Below, piece after piece: positions 56,682-64,000 of a DNA stretch of 64,000 nucleotides. The notes under the pieces were generated by a model. That model saw nothing but the letters and a program-made list of their open reading frames with translations. It searched no databases and was not told the origin of the DNA. This DNA comes from Octopus vulgaris (Eukaryota), in contig OX597821.1 in the NCBI GenBank assembly GCA_951406725.2, positions 32,922,001 through 32,986,000 on the forward strand. The letters run 5' to 3'. Positions within the stretch are counted from its first letter, which is position 1, and each line of letters starts with the position of its first letter. A program made the position numbers and the translations under genes.

Positions 56682-57638
56682 TATCTGAAGATATCCTAAT
56701 GATTTAATTGAATACAAAAATCAAGGTAGAGGTATTCAATATTTTGACTGCTCCCATAGAAACGCTGCTGCAATGCATTGAATAAAATACTTGTTGATAT
56801 CTAAAAATAGACACATTCATAATTTACAACCAGAGGCATAATTTTTTAAGCAGCTGGAGATAAAGTGTAAATATTTTTTAATTGGTTTAGAAACCTAATC
56901 CCAAACCCCAAAAACGAGACACTTTCAAACAAATATTTTTTAAAGATATAAACAGAAATATACACACAATATTTAATAAATACAGGCGCGTTATTTCACT
57001 CAAACAAAATATTACACAATCACTCTCAGAGCACATATGCAAATAGAACACAAACGACGTTTAACTGAAAAAAATGATAAGACAGAACAGGAGATTGAAA
57101 CGGTAAAGGAACAAAAAAAAACATTAAGACTTTTCAATAGATAAAGTGAATATACAATCGAGTCCTCTGCAAAGACGAGAATTATATTTTGTTAATAAAC
57201 AAATACATTATAAAATCATAAATGCAGCTGTTTGTCAATGTTTTCTAAATGTATATCTCTTTTAAAACAACCCACAAAATTTGTATTTTGTACCTTGAAC
57301 CAAAGAAATTCACAGGAATTCTATCCCAAAGAGTTCCATAAAGTTAAGCATCTACACTTAAGTGCTCAGCTAGAAGATCTGATGCAAGTTGTTTTAAGTA
57401 TTCAGGAACGCAATGCGATGTTTTAGCAGGATCGTTTGAGCGTTATATAAAATGACTTCGAGTATGAATTTCAGCGCTTTACGTTCTGAGTTCAAAACCC
57501 GCTGCTGTCACCTTTACCTTTTATCCTTTCAGGGTTGATAAAATAAGTGTAAATCAAGTACTGGTGCCGATGTACTCGATTTCCCCTCTCCCGCAAAATT
57601 TCAGACCTATAGTAGAAAAGATTAGAAAGTCGACGTAG

Positions 57639-57679
<41 letters not shown>

Positions 57680-57950
57680 TTACCTTCAGATCGGTCCCAG
57701 TAAAAAAAAATCAACCTATAATAAAATCATTCAATAAATATAACTTCCGGGTCAGAGAGTGTATCTAGTACCACATTTATAGTGTGTACCTTGGAGATTT
57801 AACAGCTATCTCTCTTCGTCGATACACAACAGATATTAAAATGAATATCCTCAAGAGAAGAGACAGATCACACATTTCATACGTACCAACTACACAAGAT
57901 CAGACATAAGAGACTGAATGTCTGTCATAATTTTCCGCTTTATAAGCTAA

Positions 57951-58474
57951 CTAGCAGCATAGCCCGGCATTTCCCGGCTATGTAAGAGCCCCTGGAGCAG
58001 ACATGATGCTCGGTGTGAATTTTTTAAAAATTCCTGCCAATTTGAGAAAGATATTGTCGAAAATATGTCATCTTGAATTTGAACGCGATTTCCCAAAATG
58101 GCATGATTTTATCGATTTTTTCTGATGGTAAGGTATTGCATGGAAAAACTAACGTCAGAATTATGTTTCTTAGGGTAACATTAAGCTTCACCATGAGTTT
58201 GGTAAAAATCTATTACAAGTTGCGAAAACTACAACAGAAAATGTGTTGCAAATAAAAAGCTTAGATTCTCGACCCCATGTCAAATTTATCGATTTTTTTC
58301 AGAACTGGGGTAACTTTTCAAACTTTTCGCTGCGTTAGTTTTGAATTATGACATTGGGCTATGTGCGTGTCAAGTTTCATCAGAATCGGTTGAAAGCCGT
58401 GGTCAGGGTGAGGGTACAACCTGACAGAAACACAGACACACAGACAGACAAACTGCCGTTTATATAGAGAGAGA
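57951..58474 (-). mobile_element. Non-autonomous Helitron
   Basis: Minus strand A|TC ... CCGGgaaatgCCGG hairpin ... CTAG|T. 5' part shared with the 3533 copy. Confidence 0.85.
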
Positions 58475-58495
58475 TTTTAGAATGTGTATTTACAA

Positions 58496-58640
58496 CTAGC
58501 AGTATAATCCGGCCTTGCCCGGGATTAAGTTACTATTATTAAGCTAATCAAGTTCTTTATTTCAAACCAAACTAAGTAATATAGACGTCAAATTTGGGCG
58601 AAATCCGTTGAAATTAGTTATATTATATATACATATATTA

Positions 58641-58701
<61 letters not shown>

Positions 58702-59342
58702 TATATGGACAACAGGCACGAACACACATACACACACGTACGTGCACCTATTGCGTGTTTTGTGCACGCATACATGTTCATAAACAGAAATGAATGGAAA
58801 AAATGTTAAATTTGTAGATTAACACTCGCACGATTTTCACTATTATAAAATATTATAAAATGTAGTGTCTTTCAAAAACAAAAACAAAAAAACATTTTAC
58901 ATTTTATTTTTTATGAACGTCATAACTTACTCTCTCTCTCCATCTCTCTCTCTCACTTTGTCTTTCCCGTGAAACTCTCTGCCTCCTTCTTCCACTTTTC
59001 TTTATCGTTTTTTAATTGTTAGATGCCATCAAAAGAGCCAAGGCTAATATTTTTCGTGGCTAAAAGCTATGTCTGAAAATAGATATTTACACTGCCCACG
59101 GGTGCCTCGGGGGAAAAATAAGTTGATAGGTACATAATATGAGACAACAATAGATTCTTAATCACTGGATACTGTCACCTTCTAATACACCGCAGTGGTT
59201 ATCTCGTGTGAGGAAACTTTCCCATCAGGTGTATCCTTGTTTAAGACTATATTCTCAATCGCAAACAACACAGATTTTCTCTTTAAAATGATGTTTCGCG
59301 TAGTTCATTGAAAATTCTTGTTTACACATCTTTATCTATAGA
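58496..59342 (-). mobile_element. Second tandem Helitron (5' boundary uncertain)
   Basis: 3' end CTAG with CCGG..CCGG hairpin at 58496-58525. Candidate A|TCTATA 5' end at 59342. Confidence 0.5.
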
Positions 59343-59851
59343 TTTTTCCAAGAGAACTGATCGGCCGTATATTGCACAATAGCTCTGTGAATGAAGGAAG
59401 TCTACTAGTTTCTTATTTCTGACGCTGTGATATACTTTAAGTGCCAAATCCAAAATCTATGGGTTTTCTTGGGTGTGTTGTACCTGAAATGCGATTGATG
59501 ACTACTTGAGTTGGTGTGGCACCTCTCATTTGGATTTCAAAGAATATATATATGTCAGTGCTGCTTGATCTACTTTCATGCGCCGCAACCCCCTTTACAA
59601 CTTTTCTACCAATATCCAACTTATCTACCAAAATCCAAAATCCAACTTATAAAGTTTCACAACCCCAGAAGAACATCTACTGAGTACTCAATCAGATAAT
59701 CATGACTTACAGTTTCCTCTTGTAATATGTCTCCGTATTAGCTTACGTATCTTGTGTAACATTTTCTTACCGTTTCTAAAAGCATAAAATATTTATATTG
59801 AATTAAAAGTTCATAGGTTGGAAGATGCAAGGGACTATTTTTAATATAATT

Positions 59852-59899
59852 TATTTGCGTATATAGGCTCTTTCTAGAAAGAGCCTATATACGCAAATA
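59852..59899. repeat. Perfect 48-bp spacerless palindrome
   Basis: TATTTGCGTATATAGGCTCTTTCT|AGAAAGAGCCTATATACGCAAATA. Confidence 0.95.
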
Positions 59900-60335
59900 T
59901 AGATTGCCTGTATACGCTAATATAGATAGATAAAAGGAAATATCCTAAATATGGAGTAAATGTTAGGATTAGAATTCTAAAGATGCCACCAGGGATTTTT
60001 TTCTGACCCAGATAACATAGTATTCACTAAAGCGTAAATTATGTATTTCATATCAACCATATTGAAAATACATGGTAGTGACATATATGTCGAAGCTGAT
60101 ATCATTTTTGGGATTCCCAATGTCCTGTATATTTTTATTAATCTCTAAGTTTTGAACGAACCAAATAAATCTATTTGTGATGGTGATAGATGTGGATGTG
60201 TGGTTAAGCAGTTCACTTTCAGCGTCATGGTTTCAGGTTAGAAAACACTGTGTCTCCTTTGCCAAGTGTTTTCAGGTTGACCAGTACCTTGTAAATTAAA
60301 TTATATCGATGCATATTGTGCAGAAAACTGTCATG

Positions 60336-60425
<90 letters not shown>

Positions 60426-60427
<2 letters not shown>

Positions 60428-61583
60428 CTAAGTAATCAAGGGTTTAGCAACGGATTGCCTCACCAACACACCGAATTTAGAAATAGCAGTCAAAGAGATA
60501 TAGCTATTCCTTCTACTAAAAGGGGGATCTCAGTAAAACACAGACAGGTAAGAAAGAAAGAATGAAATGACGGCAATCCATCATGCAATTTTAAGTTACC
60601 TACGGACGTACGTTTCGAGATCAAGTTTTAGGATATCATAAGAATTAGAAAATTCTACTTTACCCAGACTTCTTCTCTCATCGGCGCAGGATACTACAAT
60701 TGTGAATAATTGTATATTAAATTTTGAGATACTAGAATGCGTCATCTCAACTCAGTGTCAGAGCGAGCCAAAGCATGACCAGTACCACGAAATTCAAAGT
60801 TTGAATGAAAGTTTGTGTCACCAGCCCCCTTCCACCCGCGTGCAGCCAAGACAAAATGCTGTGGTCATTTACTGGGATAAAATATGGTTATCAGTAATAA
60901 TAAAAGGGTGAAATTAATTAATTAGGGATAATTATCAATTACACCAAGTAGATTTCGGTATGTAAAAGCCCCATTCGAGGAAAATTTAAGTAATACTAAG
61001 TAATCAAGGGTTTAGCAACGGATTGCCTCACCAACACACCGAATTTAGAAATAGCAGTCAAAGAGATATAGCTATTCCTTCTACTAAAAGGGGGATCTCA
61101 GTAAAAACACAGCACTTAAAAGGCAAACACAGACAGGTAAGAAAGAAAGAATGAAATGACGGCAATCCATCATGCAATTTTAAGTTACCTACGGACGTAC
61201 GTTTCGAGATCAAGTTTTAGGATATCATAAGAATTAGAAAATTCTACTTTACCCAGACTTCTTCTCTCATCGGCGCAGGATACTACAATTGTGAATAATT
61301 GTATATTAAATTTTGAGATACTAGAATGCGTCATCTCAACTCAGTGTCAGAGCGAGCCAAAGCATGACCAGTACCACGAAATTCAAAGTTTGAATGAAAG
61401 TTTGTGTCACCAGCCCCCTTCCACCCGCGTGCAGCCAAGACAAAATGCTGTGGTCATTTACTGGGATAAAATATGGTTATCAGTAATAATAAAAGGGTGA
61501 AATTAATTAATTAGGGATAATTATCAATTACACCAAGTAGATTTCGGTATGTAAAAGCCCCATTCGAGGAAAATTTAAGTAAT
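60426..61583 (-). mobile_element. Tandem dimer (568/589-bp units) of a hammerhead-bearing non-coding element in (TA)n
   Basis: Units start at 60426 and 60994 and appear identical except for a ~21-bp indel. (TA)n on both flanks. Confidence 0.9.
60599..60690 (-). ncRNA. Variant type I hammerhead (CCGAUGA core, long stem II insertion), second copy at 61188-61279
   Basis: Minus strand CCTGCG-CCGATGA-GAGA...(long insert)...TCTC-GAAA-CGTACG-TC^-CGTAGG. Confidence 0.75.
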
Positions 61584-61591
61584 ATAAACAG

Positions 61592-61666
<75 letters not shown>

Positions 61667-61698
61667 GGCGCAGGAGTGGCTGTGTGGTAAGTAGCTTG

Positions 61699-63969
61699 TC
61701 TAACAAACATGCGCAGTTAGTCAGTTGCTTCCTGTTCAGCCAGAGTGGACGCGAGTCAACCAGCTCCGTCCAATTAAAGAAAAAAGACCAAAAACGGAAA
61801 GTTGTCGAGGTAAGTGATTTTGTTTATTGTGAGTTGGGCATGATTTATTGCGTACCAATTATTATTTCAGTAAGTTGTGTCCAACTCTGAGACAATTTAG
61901 CCTGCTCTCGGCGGCTGCCGTTTTTGTGTTCATTGAAAAAAAAAAAAAGAAAAAACAGTGGAGGGGCGTATCCTCAGAATTCAATACAGTTACTGTTAAA
62001 ATTACCTTTGGCGGTAGCCAGTGCTGTGTTTGGGTTTGTTGAATTTATTCCCTTGTCAGAGTACTTCGCAAGAAAATTATAAAAATAAGCCACTATTGGA
62101 TTACCTTTCGGACCCATTTTTGTGGAGGTTGTGTTGCAATTGCGGCGTTCCAGGTTCAACCCAGGCCGGGAGTACCGCAAGGCCAGAATATTTTTGCTGT
62201 GTTTTTTCTGTTTATTAACTTTCTTTTGAACTTCATTTAACCCCCCTTTTGTTTTTTTTTCTTTATTGCGACTTTCCGTTAATGTCTTCCCTTCTGTTGT
62301 GCTTTCTCTTTTTTGTTTTTTCAAAAATCTATCAAATTTTATTTGGACTTTTGAACTTTTTTCTTCCTGCTTTTTGAGTTTAATTTGAATATATTTAAAA
62401 AAAAACATGGCAATGAAAAATAACAAAATTTTGGAGTGGGAAATCATACCACCTAAAAAGTGGTTAAAAGACCGTGAAGATAGGATGGTGGTGTTGAGAA
62501 CCTACTCGAAGGCACTCGACACCATCGCCCTATTCGAAAAGACGGCAATTGAAAAGGAGTTGGAAGAGTATTTGCCAACAATTAAATTCATTTCCAGGGG
62601 TGTCAAATATGCAACGGTGTGGTTGCTATTTGACACCCCTGAAGAGGCTTGCAAATTTGCTAGCAAACCCCTGGAGGGTAAGGAAATCTTAAATCCTGCC
62701 CACGTACAAAAGAAAGAAATTGATGAAAGCTTGAATCTGCGGACTGCCACCCGACATAGAACCCGAGTGGATAGAGGAGACTATCCCCCGGGGTCTGGGT
62801 GACAGCGAAACTAAGCTCCTCAATGTAAAAGTTCTTCCTGCGGCTGCTTGGGTTGGGTCAAAAGAAATTTTGACCCTGTGGACCCAATCAGCCAATCTGG
62901 TTCTTCCAGATTTTTTGAAAATGACCGGGTGCAGGTACCCGGTGATGCTTGAGGGTCGCCCTCCCCCCCCCCTAAGTGTCATCGGTGCTTGGAGTCCGGC
63001 CACATAAAGAAGAACTGTCCTCGGGAACAAAATAGGATCCCGGAACAGTTAAGTAAAACCCCTCTAGAAGAGGGAACGATAACGGCCGAGAAAGCAGAGG
63101 ACTCCTCAAACAGAGGCCGAAAGAGGAAGGTGAGCAACAATGGGTGCTCACCAAAGGATAATAGGGATGAGGAGAGGAAGGCGAATCTTCCAGCCACGGA
63201 GGAGACGCACCCTCCCTCAGTTGAAAAGGGAAAAAAAAGAAAAAGAGGAAGAAAAACGGGACATCACCGGCTGTCAGTGTAGCACCGGAATGTCCCGGAA
63301 CTACGTCGGTTGGGGTTGTGCCACCGACAAGAGAAGGAATACCGTTGGCGGGAACTGTGCCGCCAACGAAAGAACTGAACGTATTGGTCCTCTTCTATAG
63401 AGGAGGAGAAATTGAAAAAGTGATGGAAGAGCACTACAAGGGAGCACCTTTAGCCTTCACACAGGACCCCGAATGGCCTCCGCAGGTAACTGTGGAGGCC
63501 GTGGCGTTCGACGTGACGCTTGGGCTAAAGGAGCTCAATGAAGATTATAACTTGGTCCCGGGCGACGCGAACTCGGAACTTGATTACGTTCTGAGGGAGG
63601 CGTGGTTGATGGTGGAGGGCGCGGGCACAAGCTATTTCGAGGACGATATGTAATTATTGAACTGTTATTATTAGTAATGGACTTAAGTCCAAAAATTGAA
63701 AAATTGTAAGAGGATTAATACCTCGTTTTGTATTAATAATGGACTGCTAAGTCCAAAAATTGGAAAAATTGTAAGAGGTTTAATACCTCGTTTTGTGTTT
63801 ATCTTTAAAAAGAACAATGTTTTAGAGAAGCGAAAGTCGGCGGGCGCTTTTTGTCTTCTCCCATCCTTATCATCTTTCTTTCATTATCATTCACCTCATT
63901 AATGTCCTCGTCCAGCCCGCAAAGCTAACTTAATCTGTGTACTGCCTTTATGGCAAATGTTTTGAAATA
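61699..63969 (+). mobile_element. ORF1-only (HAL1-like) Tx1-clade non-autonomous retrotransposon
   Basis: TSD AAGTAGCTTG at 61689-61698 and 63970-63979, ~700-bp 5' UTR, ORF1, short 3' UTR with hairpin and AATAAA. No EN or RT. Confidence 0.8.
62407..63653 (+). pseudogene. Tx1-type ORF1 (RRM-like region plus CCHC zinc knuckle), frameshifted
   Basis: VWLLFDTPEEACKF..(shift) ILPTY..ICGLPPDIEPEWIE..PVMLEGRPP..KCHRCLESGHIKKNCP (knuckle 62977-63018), then a charged tail. Confidence 0.85.
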
Positions 63970-64000
63970 AAGTAGCTTGCTAACCAACCACATGGTTCCG

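Larger units (their letters stand above)
61666..64000 (+). mobile_element. SINE family B head split by a 2.27-kb insertion, continuing beyond the window end
   Basis: AGGCGCAGGAGTGGCTGTGTGGTAAGTAGCTTG at 61666-61698 resumes as AAGTAGCTTGCTAACCAACCACATGGTTCCG at 63970-64000. Confidence 0.88.

Noticed and set aside
61974-62447. 157-aa Lys-rich minus-strand ORF
   Set aside because: Antisense reading of the T-rich 5' UTR of the ORF1-only element, low complexity.
62407-63653. ORF1 as the missing 5' part of the GATA-targeting LINE
   Set aside because: Sequence after its stop does not match the region preceding ORF2 at 49010-49039, and it has its own 3' end, TSD and non-GATA target.

Overview
Eukaryotic, AT-rich, microsatellite-saturated non-coding DNA. 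The SINE and microsatellite repertoire strongly suggests an octopus/coleoid cephalopod genome (inference). I found no host protein-coding exon, and almost all ORF-track entries are microsatellite artefacts. The window is a transposable-element landscape: tRNA-derived SINE families, Helitrons, MITEs (8-bp-TSD and piggyBac types), decayed mariner/Tc1 elements and LINE relics. Three systems stand out. (1) A Tx1/L1-clade LINE found only inside (GATA)n/(TATC)n tracts: six 3' ends, four stacked in one tract at 46.6-50.6 kb, one with a twin-priming-like inversion. (2) A 2.27-kb ORF1-only Tx1-like element inserted with a TSD into the head of a tRNA-SINE, sharing a covarying 3' stem-loop with the GATA-targeting LINE. 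(3) Several unrelated non-coding repeats in (TA)n tracts carrying type I hammerhead ribozyme motifs, in tandem and head-to-head arrangements (Penelope pLTR / retrozyme-like). One SINE family also appears to insert repeatedly at a fixed site in its own sequence. Coordinates were read by eye and may be off by a few bases. No database searches were run.
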